A DNA stretch of 64,000 nt from Macrostomum lignano (taxonomy: Eukaryota), in NCBI GenBank assembly GCA_002269645.1, contig NIVC01001485.1, positions 62,001 to 126,000 of the forward strand, in the 5' to 3' direction. This document shows positions 37,407 through 49,900 of this stretch, piece after piece. Positions within the stretch are counted from its first letter, which is position 1. Every line of letters begins with the position of its first letter. The notes beneath the pieces are model-generated. The model made no database searches and was not told where the DNA came from. It worked only from the letters and a program-made list of their open reading frames with translations. Made by a program: the position numbers and the translations under genes.

Positions 37407-40400
37407 ATGAAGAGCGGCTCGCCGCAATTTCGCTTCGGTCTGCTGTCGTTCAACAGCGGCGGCGGTGGCGGCGGCGGCGGTGCCCGACATCCGACTCTGT
37501 TTGCGTCGCGTTCATTTGTGTTATTATTCGCGGCTATTGGGCTTATGTGGCTCTACTGCTTCACCATGTCTAGCTGGGGCGCCAGTTCTGACCGGCAAGA
37601 CTCGGAAATATTGCGACAGCAACTGCTGGACCTATCGAAAAAGTGCGCCTGTTTTCCTCTTGAGGAAATGCCCCCCCATACTCCAAAGCCCCCCCCCCCC
37701 CCTACTCACCTGAAGAATTGTCCCCTACTCACCTGAGGAATTGCCCCCTACTCACCTGAAGAATTGTCCCCTACTCACCTGAGCAATTGCCCCCCTACCC
37801 ACCTGAGGAATCGCCCCCCTACCCACCTGAGAAATCGCCCCCCTACCCACCTGAGGAATCGCCCCCCCGCGCCCGCAGATACGTGAAGAGCCTTGCCAGC
37901 GAGACTGGTGAGGTAGTGGACGGGCCATATTCAGGCCGGCTGACCGGCTACGATTTAAAGAAGACGCTGGCCGTTATGCTGCACGACATGATGAGGCGGC
38001 TGGACCGGATTGAAAATCGGCTGTTTAGCGGCGCTGGCGGAGTTAACTGCAGCGGAAGCGATTCTCGGCTGCATGAGGCGAAGGTGAGTGCCTCTGCTTT
38101 GCTGTGCCAGCCTCCCAGATCCTCAGTTGCTGAGCCTCCATCCCGCATCTTCAGTTGCTAAGCCTCCATCCCAGATCCTCAGTTGCTAAGCCTCCATCCC
38201 AGATCCTCAGTTACTAAGCCTCCATCCCGGATCTTCAGTTGCCGAGCCTCCATCCCATATCTTTAGTGGCTGAGCCTCCATCCCAGATCCTCAGTTGCTA
38301 AGCCTCCATCCCAGATCCTCAGTTGCTGAGCCTCCATCCCAGATCCTCAGTTGCTAAGCCTCCATCCCAGATCCTCAGTTGCTAAGCCTCCATCCCATAT
38401 TTTTAGTGGCTGAGCCTCCATCCCGCATCTTCAGTTGCTAAGCCTCCATCCCAGATCCCCGGTTGCTGAGCCTCCATCCCGGATCTTCAGTTGCTGAGCC
38501 TCCATCCCGCATATTCAGTTGCTGAGCCTCCATCCCGCATATTCAGTTGCTGAGCCTCCATCCCGGATCTTCAGTTGCTGAGCCTCCATCCCGCATATTC
38601 AGTTGCTGAGCCTCCATCCCGCATATTCAGTTGCTGAGCCTCCATCCCGGATCTTCAGTTGCTAAGCCTCCATCCCGCATCTTGAGTTGCTAAGCCTCCA
38701 TTCCAGATCCCCAGTTGCTGAGCCTCCATCCCAGATTTCAGTTGCTGTCTGTCATTTGCTTCCACGCACTGAAAATGTCACCTGCTTTGCATTGCCCTAA
38801 TTGAAATTCGTTTCATCCCGCAGCTTAGAGACGCAGCAATGTCCCGACAGACACAGCCGCCGCCGCCGCCACCCATTCAGGTCCAGCAGCCGGCGTCATC
38901 TTCGCTAAGCGGCGCTGCCCCCGCCCCAGCCGCTTCTGACGAAGTTGATGCCAGCATGCTGCTTAGCGGCTACCAAGAGAACTGCGAAATTCCTTTAGAG
39001 AGTAAATTTGAATATCCAGACTGCCAGGCCAAGGTTGAATGGATGATGAAGCACTGGCGAGATGATCCGTGCTATGCCAGGTATCTGCATGCGTGCTTAT
39101 TTGTTTCATTGTAGGATTCATAAAAGTACATAAAAGTATAAGTATGAAAATATTTGATTAGATATTGAAAATCCTTGAGATTAGATATTGAAAATCCTTG
39201 AGATTAGATATTGAAAATCGTCAGATTTGATATTAATAGTCATAAGATTAGATATTGAAAATCACGAAATTAGGAATTGAAAATCGTAAGATTAGATATT
39301 GATAGTCATGAGATTAGATATAAAAAATCGCGAGATTAGATATTGGAAGTCGCGAGTTTAGATATTAAAAATCGCGAGATTAGATGTTCAAAAATCGCGA
39401 GATTAGATATTGAAAATCGCAAGATTAGATATTGAAAAGTCGCGAGATTATTGAAAAGTCGCGAGATTAGATATTGAAAAGTCGCGAGATTAGATATTGA
39501 AAAGTCGCGAGATTAGATATTGAAAGTCGCGAGACTAGATATTGAAAGTCGCGAGACTAGATATTAAAAATCGCGAGATTAGATATTGAAAAAAGCGAGA
39601 TTGGATATTGAAAGTTGCGAGATTAGATACTGAAAAAAAGTCGCGAGATTAGATATTGAAAAACGCGAGGTTAGATATTAAAACTCGCGAGATTAGATAT
39701 TGAAAATCGAGAGATTAGATATTAAAAAGCACGAGATTGGATAAGAAATGCCATGTTCCACATCAACCAATCGCAGACACGGAGTGGACGGCAGCGAGTG
39801 CAGCATGAAAATCTTTCTCAGCGAAGTAGAAGAATTCTGCCCGATTCTGCCATTCCGTCAGCATCTGCTCCGTCAGAACGAGAGCGTCGCCTGGGTCAAC
39901 CGGCGCCAGCAGCTAGACAATGGCGCCGTGGCTCGAGAGAGCGCCAGGTTGAGCCTGTTAGAGCAGCTGGCTGGCGCTCCCGGTCTTCGAGAGCGCGTCA
40001 ATCAGCGCTGGCAGTCGCTGGCCAGTGCGGCAGTCGAAGGCGGCTGGCCGGATCGTTGGCCGCGGCGTCGAGTCCTGGCCCACGTTGGCTATCTGAGCCA
40101 GCCGCAGCACTGGCCGCCTGCAGAGGCCGCTCAGTGGGCGGATCTTCTAGCCGGCGTCGGGCTGCTGGGACACCGGCTGACTGTCAGCATTGATGGTGTC
40201 GGCCTGCGTCGCCAGCTGTTGAAATTGAATTACGCCAAGACAGAGTGTCAGGGCAAGAGGGACTCGGTTATCACTCATCTGGTGACGGATCTGGTTGGCA
40301 TTTTGCAGGTGTGGTTGCCGTGTATGCTGATTGACACTAAAGCAGACAGACATACAATTAATACTCCAAGATAGTCGGGCTCTATGACTCTAAGACAGAC

Positions 40401-40514
40401 AGACAGACACTAGGACACTAAGACAGACTGACAGACAGACAAACAGGCAGACAGACAGACAGACAGATACTAAAACACTAAGACAGAGGCTAAGACAGAC
40501 ACTAAGACAGGCAC

Positions 40515-40595
<81 letters not shown>

Positions 40596-40623
40596 CACAG
40601 ACAGACACACAGACAGACAGACG

Positions 40624-40679
<56 letters not shown>

Positions 40680-40736
40680 GTCAGACAGACAGACAGACAG
40701 ACAGACACACAGACACACAGACACACAGACAGACAC

Positions 40737-40771
<35 letters not shown>

Positions 40772-40776
40772 GGCAC

Positions 40777-40859
<83 letters not shown>

Positions 40860-42675
40860 GGCACACAGACAGTCAGACAGGCACACAGACAGACAGACAG
40901 ACAGACACAGACACATTCAACCCGCCTCGCCACCGCCGCCAGGTCCGCTCCGTCCTGGGCAAAAGCTTCGCCAGGTTTGCCTGTCTCTATCGAATCTTAG
41001 CTCCGTTCGGCGTCGAGCCGAAGTTCAACGATCAATCCTTTTCGTCTAGCAACGAATTGAATACGCCAGTCAGCGGACTGGACCTCAGTCCGATGCAGTA
41101 CCTCAGCTGGTTGCCATTCACGCTGGAGAATTTCTATCTCGGCTTGGCCCTGCCGCCGCCTGCATTGCCAAATATGACAAACTTGCCTAGCAGAGTCGAA
41201 TTGTTCATATTCGGTTTCGGCAATTCCGTATGGAAAGACGCCGCATTCTATCTGGCCGAGTTGCGCAAGCATTTCCGCCGGATTCACACGGCTGTAAGTC
41301 CCGAACAGCACCCGGATGTGCCGGCCTATGTTGTCAATCACGGCTTGCTGAACTATACCCAGTACAGGGGCCTGCTTTTGTCTATGGTATCTAACGGCGG
41401 TGGCATCTTTGTCGGCCTGGGATTTCCCTACGAGCATCCGGCACCGTTGGAGGCCGCGTCTCTCGGACTGCCGTTTTTGAATCTTCGATTTAAACCGCCG
41501 CTAGACCGTACTAATTCGGATTACCTGCGAGAGATACCCGTTTCTAGGAAACTGCGCTCTCAGGTATTGATTTTCTGGCATTAAAGGATTTTCCAAACCA
41601 AGTTGCTAGGTCGCCCCCCCCCCTAGATTCTCAGTTGCTGGGCCACAGGCCTCCCAGATCCTCAGTTGCTGGGCCACCAGCCTCCCGGATCCTCAGTTGC
41701 TGGGCCACCAGCCTCCCAGATCCTCAGTTGCTGGGTCACCAGCCTCCCAGATCCTCAGTTGCTGGGTCACCAGCCTCCCGGATCCTCAGTTGCTGGGCCA
41801 CCAGCCTCCCAGATCCTCAGTTGCTGGGTCACCAGCCTCCCAGATCCTCAGTTGCTGGGTCAGCAGCCTCCCGGATCCTCAGTTGCTGGGCCAGCCTCCC
41901 AGATCCTTAGTTGCTGGGCCACCAGCCTCCCGGATCCTCAGTTGCTGGGCCAGCCTCCCAGATCCTCAGTTGCTGGGCCAGCCTTCTAAGTCTTCAGCAG
42001 TAGCCCACCAAAACGAACTCAACATGAATTGCTCAAAATCGCCCCCCGCTCGCCCAGGATGCCTATCTAGAGTCGCTAGGCGAGCCGGCCTCCTTCCTGG
42101 TGGACCTGGAGGCCAAACAGCTGATCCCAGCCACCCTGGCCCGGGCAGCCGCGGCAGCCGCCGCCGCCTCCGCCAACGTGAGCTCCAGCGTGCCAAAAGA
42201 TTTCACGCCGGCCGCCTATCTGGCCCGAGTTCGAGCCCTCTTCTCGGCGCCGTCTCTGTGCCGTGTGGCGCCACTCGACGATTTGTCAACTTCCAGCTGG
42301 GCCGCCGTCAGAAATTCCACCGACGTTGCCACTGCTGCCGCAGCCGCCGCCGCCGCCGCCGCAGCCTCGGCATACTCTGGCGGAGCTGATGTACTGTTCT
42401 ACTTGGGCGTCGAAGGCCGCTCATGCTCGGAGACCTGCCTATCCGCGTCTAAACGATCCGTATGCGCTCCGGATCAGATGCGGGTGATCAATAGGCGATT
42501 AGAACTGCAGGAGAGAGGCATCCGGTGTAAACGGATCCGATACGATAATAGCCTAGTATTCCCAGCAATCTCCAAGCCCGGACATTGTCATTTCTTGTCG
42601 CACGAGCGACTGTTCTCGTGCGACGAACGCTTGAACGGCTACAGCCGGCTGTGCCCGTGCAGGCGTCTTGCCTGA
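37407..42675 (+). CDS. MGAT5: Alpha-1,6-mannosylglycoprotein 6-beta-N-acetylglucosaminyltransferase V (GT18)
   Basis: Exons 37407-37642, 37879-38083, 38824-39080, 39777-40308, 40943-41563 and 42058-42675 (2469 nt, in frame). Type II TM anchor. Motifs [46 protein letters not shown]...LSEVE..CP, E..QW.DL, FG.EP.FN, GLGFPYE.PAPLEA and RLCPCR. Confidence 0.92.
37690..37870. repeat. ~23-27-bp C-rich minisatellite (CCCCTACTCACCTGAGGAATT) in MGAT5 intron 1
   Basis: Direct reading. Confidence 0.85.
38106..38745. repeat. Minisatellite family A variant (AGCCTCCATCCCAGATCCTCAGTTGCTG) in MGAT5 intron 2
   Basis: Shares the CCCAGATCCTCAGTTGCT core with 19761-20700. Confidence 0.9.
39160..39740. repeat. 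~21-bp degenerate minisatellite (GAGATTAGATATTGAAAATCGC) in MGAT5 intron 3
   Basis: Direct reading. Confidence 0.9.
40392..40915. repeat. (AGAC)n microsatellite in MGAT5 intron 4
   Basis: Direct reading. Confidence 0.95.
41620..41990. repeat. Minisatellite family A in MGAT5 intron 5
   Basis: Same units as 19761-20700. Confidence 0.93.
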
Positions 42676-43729
42676 CTGTACTTATTTTATTTTTAATAGT
42701 AGCAGTAAGTGTTGTTTTTTAAAATGCACAGTTTAACGCCTATAGAAAAAGGATAGGTTTGGGCCATAGACAATTCGCAACTTTGTTACTGTCTATGGCC
42801 CAAACCTTTTTTTCTATACAGGCTTTCAACTTTAACTTCGGATTTCCATTTTCTGTCGCGCGCACGAAAAAATCGCGTTTCTTTACTACTCGTTGATCAG
42901 TAGAAAAACTAGCATTTTTTGTCTTTTTTCAATTGAATTAAATAAATTATCTGAATTAAAAAAATGAATAGGCAATCCATGTTTTGATTTGTAAAATTGT
43001 GTTTCCAAGTTGCCTTAGCTCCTTATAATTTCGGTAGGTTCGTTGTACAATGATGTGTACTCGTAATTGCCAGCCCTGACGGCCATCTGATAGCACTTGC
43101 TAGACTCGTCTCATTTTAAGGTTTATTTAGTTAGTTGAAAAATAATGACGGTTGTGTTTGTTTAAATTTTGTTAGTATTTAATTGCTTTTGTCAACTTCT
43201 AGAAATAGCATTCATTTTTGATACATACTACTCGACGCTTAGTTAACTATGGACAGTTTTATGCTGCTAAATAAGTTTCTTACGATACATGTCGTTAAAG
43301 TGTAAACTAGTCAGGGCTGGAAAAGGAATAGATTAAAGTGGCATGTTATGTTTTATTACGTTTTTTTATGCAGGCCTCCTATATGTGTTTTTCATTTATT
43401 GTAATTGTTCGAAGTCAGTAAGTAGACTTGCTTTTTTTAACTCTATCAGTTTCTATCTTACCTGTGATGGTTCAAATCCTCACATTGTTATTTTTTCATT
43501 AATCTATAATCTGGATTGCCATTATATTATGTGTAATTGCGAGCGCATTAAGAATGTGTATTATTTTATTAATACGGTGCCTAATTAGAACCGCGCGCCA
43601 CCTTGCCTTCTGTATCGAATTTTTCTGCTTTTTTTCTTCTGTTTGTGTAAATTATAAACTTATGCTATCTTGTCTGTCTTCGTTAAGTAAAATAGTCTTT
43701 GCTTTTATTATTTTTAGGGATGATCTCTG

Positions 43730-44600
43730 TGTAGAAACCGGTGCGCCTCTTCAAAATCTCAGGGTAGAAACCGGTAGACCTATCAAAATCTCAGGGTAGA
43801 AACCTATGGGCCTCTCATAATCTCAGGATAGAAACCAGTAGGCCTCTCAAAATCTCAGGGTAGCAACCCGTAGGCCTCATAATCTCAGGATAGAAACCGG
43901 TGGGCCTCTCAAAATCTCAGGGTAGAAACCTGTAGACTTATCAAAATCTCAGGGTAGAAACTAATGGGCCTCTCAAAAGCTCAGGGTAGAAACCTGTAGA
44001 CCTATCAAAATCTCAGGGTAGAAACTGATGGGCCTCTCAAAATCTCAGGATAGAAACCGGTAAGCCTTTCAAAATCTCATGGTAGAAACCGGTTGACTTC
44101 TTAAAATCTCAGGGTAGCAACCGGTAGGCCTCTCATAATCTCAGGATAGAAACCGGTGGGCCTCTAAAAATCTCAGGGTAGAAACCTGTAGACCTATCAA
44201 AATCTCAGGGTAGAAACTAATGGGCCTGTCAAAATCTCAGGATAGAAACCGGTGCGCCTCTTCAAAATCTCAGAGTAGAAACCGGTATACCTATCAAAAT
44301 CTCAGGGTAGAAACCTATGGGCCTCTCATAATCTCAGGATAGAAACCAGTAGGCCTCTCAAAATCTCAGTGTAGCAACCCGTAGGCCTCTCATAATCTCA
44401 GGATAGAAACCGGTGGGCCTCTCAAAATCTCAGGGTAGAAACCTGTAGACCTATCAAAATCTCAGGGTAGAAACTAATGGGCCTCTCAAAATCTCAGGAT
44501 AGAAACCGGTAAGCCTTTCAAAATCTCAGGGTAGAAACCGGTTGACTTCTCAAAATCTTAGGGTAGAAACCAGTAGGCCTTCTAAAATTTCAGGGTAGAA
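43730..44600. repeat. 32-bp minisatellite (GGGTAGAAACCGGTGGGCCTCTCAAAATCTCA) upstream of RPL35A
   Basis: About 27 variant units; the unit-variant order recurs at a ~511-bp period. Confidence 0.92.
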
Positions 44601-44714
44601 TTTGAGACAGGTTTTCGCAGCATCAATCTCATGTGCAGGGCAAAGCCGGCCAAATTACTTAAATCCTGGTCCTACACCCCCTGTTTCCAGCTAGCAGACC
44701 CCAGCCACTAAAAG

Positions 44715-45104
44715 ATGTCGAATCCAGCAGCCGAATCGGGCAGCCAGCAGAAGCTGCAGCTGCGATCACCTGGCCGCATGTACGTCAAGGCTGTGTTCAC
44801 CGGTTATAAGCGCGGCCTGCGGAACCAGCACGAAAACACCGCCCTGCTGCGTATTGAAGGCGTTGAGAAACGCCAGGAGGTGGACTTCTACCTGGGCAAA
44901 CGCTGTGCCTACGTCTACAAAGGCAAGCGTCTGACTTCGGTGCCCGGCAAAGGCAAGGAGAAGTCGCGAGTTCGCGTCATCTGGGGCCGGGTAACCCGGC
45001 CGCACGGCAACTCCGGAGCTGTCCGAGCCAAGTTCAGCACCAACCTGCCGCCGGCGGCGATGGGCAAGCGCGTCCGGGTCATGCTGTACCCGTCTCGTAT
45101 CTAA
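44715..45104 (+). CDS. RPL35A: 60S ribosomal protein L35a, intronless CDS
   Basis: [31 protein letters not shown]...[12 protein letters not shown]...[39 protein letters not shown]. Confidence 0.98.
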   Translation: MSNPAAESGSQQKLQLRSPGRMYVKAVFTGYKRGLRNQHENTALLRIEGVEKRQEVDFYLGKRCAYVYKGKRLTSVPGKGKEKSRVRVIWGRVTRPHGNSGAVRAKFSTNLPPAAMGKRVRVMLYPSRI

Positions 45105-45993
45105 TCGATTGTTAGCGGAATTTGTTGGGACTGATATCAAACATTGAGTTAGGCTTTACAGTTTGAATGCTCCGTGTTCGAAGCGATCTGTTTTCATCTT
45201 GTCAATGATGCGATTCGACAAATAAAACTAAGTAAAATGAATGAGCCTTGCAGGCGCTCTGTGGAAGAAAAAAAGAATTTTTGAACAGAAAAAATCTGAA
45301 TTGTTTGTTGTTTTTTACATTGTAAAACAACCTGTGCCGTTGTGCGCGTCCCCTGTCCGGCCACCCTATCCCGTCATTTCATTTCCGTCCCTTCTGGCTC
45401 TGCCCCCGCCAGCCAGGCTCCCTCCCTCCCTGTTTTCCTGCCCCCCCCCCTGCCGGCGCCGCCTGGGCCACGAGGGGGGGGGGTTGAAAGCTTTTATTAG
45501 GCCTTTACATGGCTTGGAGGTGGGCGTCCCTTCTCTACCCCTACCCCTGCGCTAAGTTCTCCCGTCTACCCAGTAGCGGGCGCTGATTGGTCAGTTTTTT
45601 CTCGTCAACCCCCGCTCCCAACGCACCCAGTCGTTTGGCGCCCCGCCTCCGTCCGTTCGTTTCGCTTAATCTCACTTAGCTTACTTGATTATCTTATCTC
45701 ACTCAGTCGTGTGCGTTTTTCTTATCTGACTGTTTTTTAACTGATTAACTGGCGACAATCACACCGATCAATTGATAACGGATTGTAGTGGAGAACTGCG
45801 AAACAGTAATAGTTTGATTTCTATTCCACCCAGGTGGAAAAGTCGCGTAGCTCAGATCGTAATCAATCCTAATGGAGACCTATTCCATTATAATGAAAGC
45901 CTATGTAGATTGGTTTCCACAAGAGTTTAAATAGCTCGTACAGTTTAAAAACCAAGAAACCTAGCTCTCTAGCTGGTAGACCAATCCACCATC

Positions 45994-46620
45994 CGCTTCC
46001 GGACATTTGCCCTCCGGCACTTCCCCTCCGGCACTTGCCCTCCGGCACTTCCCCCTCGGCGGCGTTTGCCCTCCGGACATTTGCCCTCCGGGACATTTCC
46101 CCTCCGGACATTTGCCCTCCGGACATTTCCCCTCGGGGACATTTGCCCTCGGGGACATTTGCCCTCCGGACATTTGCCCTCCGGACATTTGCCCTCCGGA
46201 CATTTCCCCTCCGCACATTTGCCCTCTGCAAATTTACCCCCTCGCACATTACTCACCTCACCTCCTCCTGTACCCACCCGTCGTTCCTCCAGCACCAACC
46301 TCATCCTCCCGCCTCTTGCATCCATCAGGTTCTTCTCCAGCCAACAACTCATCCTTTTCTAGTAAGCAATATATACCCGCGCCCTACCCTATCCCCAGCC
46401 TTACCTGTACTTTTCCAGAGGGGAAATGTCCGGAGGGCAAATGTCCGGAGGGGAAATGTCCCCGAGGGCAAATGTCCCCGAGGGCAAATGTCCGGAGGGC
46501 AAATGTCCGGAGGGCAAATGTCCCCGAGGGCAAATGTCCTCGAGGGCAAATGTCCGGAGGGGAAATGCCGGAGGGCAAATGTCCGGAGGGCAAATGCCGG
46601 AGGGCAAATGTCCGGTAGCC
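45994..46620. mobile_element. Foldback / Mutator-like MITE with inverted CCGGACATTTGCCCT arrays
   Basis: 9-bp TSD TCCACCATC (45985-45993, 46621-46629). Termini (C/G)GCT(T/A)CCGGACATTTGCCC. Left and right arrays are mutual reverse complements around a ~170-bp spacer. Confidence 0.85.
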
Positions 46621-46934
46621 TCCACCATCTCGAGCTGCCGTCCAAGTCTCGTTGAAGGAATGACTGGAGGTTGGCGCCAAGCTTTGCATGTTTATTATAC
46701 AGCTGTATAGCCGATTCTTGTACACTGCATTGTGTAAATGCAATACAATTTATCTAAGAGTATGACGTGCCATAGACATTAAAGTTTAATAAAATCAGTG
46801 CTACAGTATATTTATAAACTACTCGTAAATGTAAGCTACACAATTCACATCATTGTATTGAAAACCTTTGACCTTTGAACTGCTATACTAAGTACCTTAG
46901 CTAATACGTTAGCACACGAATAAAAGCATCCCAT

Positions 46935-49900
46935 ATGCTTATCTTCGAATCCCTACTGTTGCACTGTTGGCTGTTCTTTGCACCGAGAGCACTGCGCAAC
47001 GTCTTTAATCGTCTTCTTCGACTCACCTGGCCTAGCCGAACCTACCGCGGTTTCATGCCGTCCGGCGCCGCCATTTTTAGCAATTTTGGCAGAGCAAATT
47101 CCTCAAATAAATTGAACCAATCTAGCGACCCAATGATCTGCCTGTTTCTCAACTATTCGCCAATCAACACAGTGTTCGATTGGTGCTATGCACGAGACGA
47201 CGACGGCGGAATCGAGAACGTCTATATCGGCACCCTACTGTTTAACGGCAATCGGATTGGGCTGGTGGTTAAGAAGCTGACTCGGTGTGGACCGGGACCC
47301 GGTGATTCTCCTGAGGATCAGGTGAGCGCATTGTATTGTATTGTAGTTTCCTGCAAGCTGCTAAACTGTTGTTGCAGTGGGAGCAGGGGCGTCGCCATGG
47401 ATTTAATGGTGGGGGGGGGGACAAAGCCAAGAATTCTACGTGTACGTGTACATTGTTTTCCGAATCGGTGTTGTCAGCGCTCATTTTAGCGCCGCAGGCA
47501 CTCATTTTAGCGCCGCAGGCACTCATTTTAGCGCCGCAGACACTCATTTTAGCGCCGCAGAACTCATTTTAGCGCCGCAGGCACTCATTTTAGCGCCGCA
47601 GGCACTCATTTTAGCGCCGCAGGCACTCATTTTAGCGCCGCAGGCACTCATTTTAGCGCCGCAGGCACTCATTTTAGCGTCGCAGGCACTCATTTTAGCG
47701 TCGCAGGCACTCATTTTAGCGCCGCAGGCACTCATTTTAGCGCCGCAGGCACTCATTTTAGCGCCGCAGGCACTCATTTTAGCGCCGCAGGCACTCATTT
47801 TAGCGCCGCAGGCACTCATTTTAGCGCCGCAGGCACACATTTTAGTGCCGCAGGCACTCATTTTAGCGTCGCAAGCACCAAATTTTGTCACCCTGAAGCA
47901 ATATTGATTTTCATAACGGATCATGAAGTTGGGTGGGTGGGACAAAGCATTTTAGCATGTCCCCTTACAACTTTTACTGGGGGGACATGTACCCCCTGTC
48001 CCCCCCCCCCGGTGGCGACGCCCCTGAGTGGGAGATTGCTTTCTTCAATGCAGGCCTCTGGGAATGCCTGTCGCATGTTTTGTTACACAGTCATAAAGCT
48101 AAGAAAGTTTAAATAGATTCATAATACCAATGAGTCGAGCTGTACCATTTTTATCATTTTTAGGCTCGGTAAATGTTCGATTGTAGGTAGGATATAAAGC
48201 TAACAAAGAATCATAATTTTCTGAACGAAAACTTCATAAACATCAATAGAGCTATAATAAAGACCAGACATACCAAAAAGTGAACATTGGGTCTGCCGTC
48301 TATCAAACGCAATAGCAATTTGTGTGCTGATGAAAAATGAAAATCTCCTATCTCCGTAATGGATTTTTTTAGTAAAACCTGCCTTCGAGAATTTTCTAAG
48401 AAACGTAGTTTTCCCTCCGACTTGAGTCATCCTTGATTCATGATTGTGAAACCTCGTGGCCTAGCTAGCTGATCACGTGACTTTGTCAAGGGCTAATGGA
48501 AAGGAGTGTCAGGACGTATACATGTGCAAGCACTATGCATGAATCACGTGGCCAAAAGAGAGAGCCGTCAATCTACATGTACTTTTAACTTTAAAGATCA
48601 CGTGACCAAATAAGAATTGACAACGTACAATAAGATGTCGGCCTATATTACGTAACTTAAGAGGGTTGAGGACGCGTGCAACCCTCAGTCTGAATCACGT
48701 GACTAATGAGGGGTTGATCGGATGTGCAGGCCTGCGGCCTAGATCATGTGACCAATGAGGGTTGATTGGATGTGCAGGCCTGCGGCCTTGATCATGTGAC
48801 CAATGAGGGTTGATTGGATGTGCAGGCCTGCGGCCTTGATCATGTGACCAATGAGGGTTGATTGGATGTGCAGGCCTGCGGCCTTGATCATGTGACCAAT
48901 GAGGGTTGATTGGATGTGCAGGCCTGCGGCCTTGATCATGTGACCAATGAGGGTTGATTGGATGTGCAGACTTGCGGCCTAGATCATGTGGACCAGAAAG
49001 GTCTAGAACACAATTCCGTTTACTTACCAGAGGGTCGAATATGTGTTGTAAGTTCTCGACCAGGATCAAGCCAGGACCAAGCCCACCCCTTCCCCCGCCT
49101 CACGCCCACCTCAGGTGCTCACAAAGTATCGCACCAGCCGGTTGGCTCGTTTCGACCGCATCCGCGAGGACCAATTCTCCTGCCTGTTCGAGCTGCGCGT
49201 GTGCAGCTGCGGCACCAGATTCCTAATCCGGGGCGTAGCCAATCTTCACCAGCCCGACAATCATTTCATATTCGTCATTGATGCCCAGTTAAGGCCGTTG
49301 AACCTCCTATTCTATCACAACTCCGTGGTTCCGGACTACGATCCGTTCGGCGACTCGATTTTCATGCCGCAAAAACTGGCCCCGGCGCCGGCCTTTGCCC
49401 TGCTGTGGCTGCATCCAGTCAGCTTTCGAGAGCTGTCAAGGACGGCTTTCCCAGCGACGACGTCAGTGACAGCTGCTGTTGAAACTCCAACCGAAAGATT
49501 TTTCAGTGTGCAGGTGATGATACGCCTAAATCTGGAGGCACACGTCTGAGTCTTGTACTACGAGCGTATTAACCTCTGGCCACATAGTTTTGGGGCTTTT
49601 GTGCACGAGAATTGTGTGAGGAAGCTTGTGCCGGGGTTGTCCTGCGATTTACAGCCATGAGGGCCAGCCCCCAAGGCACAGAGAGTGTACATGCCATACC
49701 AGGAACAGGGACGCCCACCAAAGAGACAGGGACGCCCACCAAAGAGACAGGGACGCCCACCAAATAGACAGGGGCACTCAGAAAGAGACAGGGACGCCCA
49801 CCAAAGAGACAGGGACGCCCACCAAATAGACAGGGACGCCCACCAAATAGACAGGGGCACTCACAAAGAGACAGGGACGCCCACCAAAGAGACAGGGACG

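Noticed and set aside
48200-48430. 76-aa minus-strand ORF as a transposase or gene fragment
   Set aside because: No recognisable motif and too short; left unannotated.
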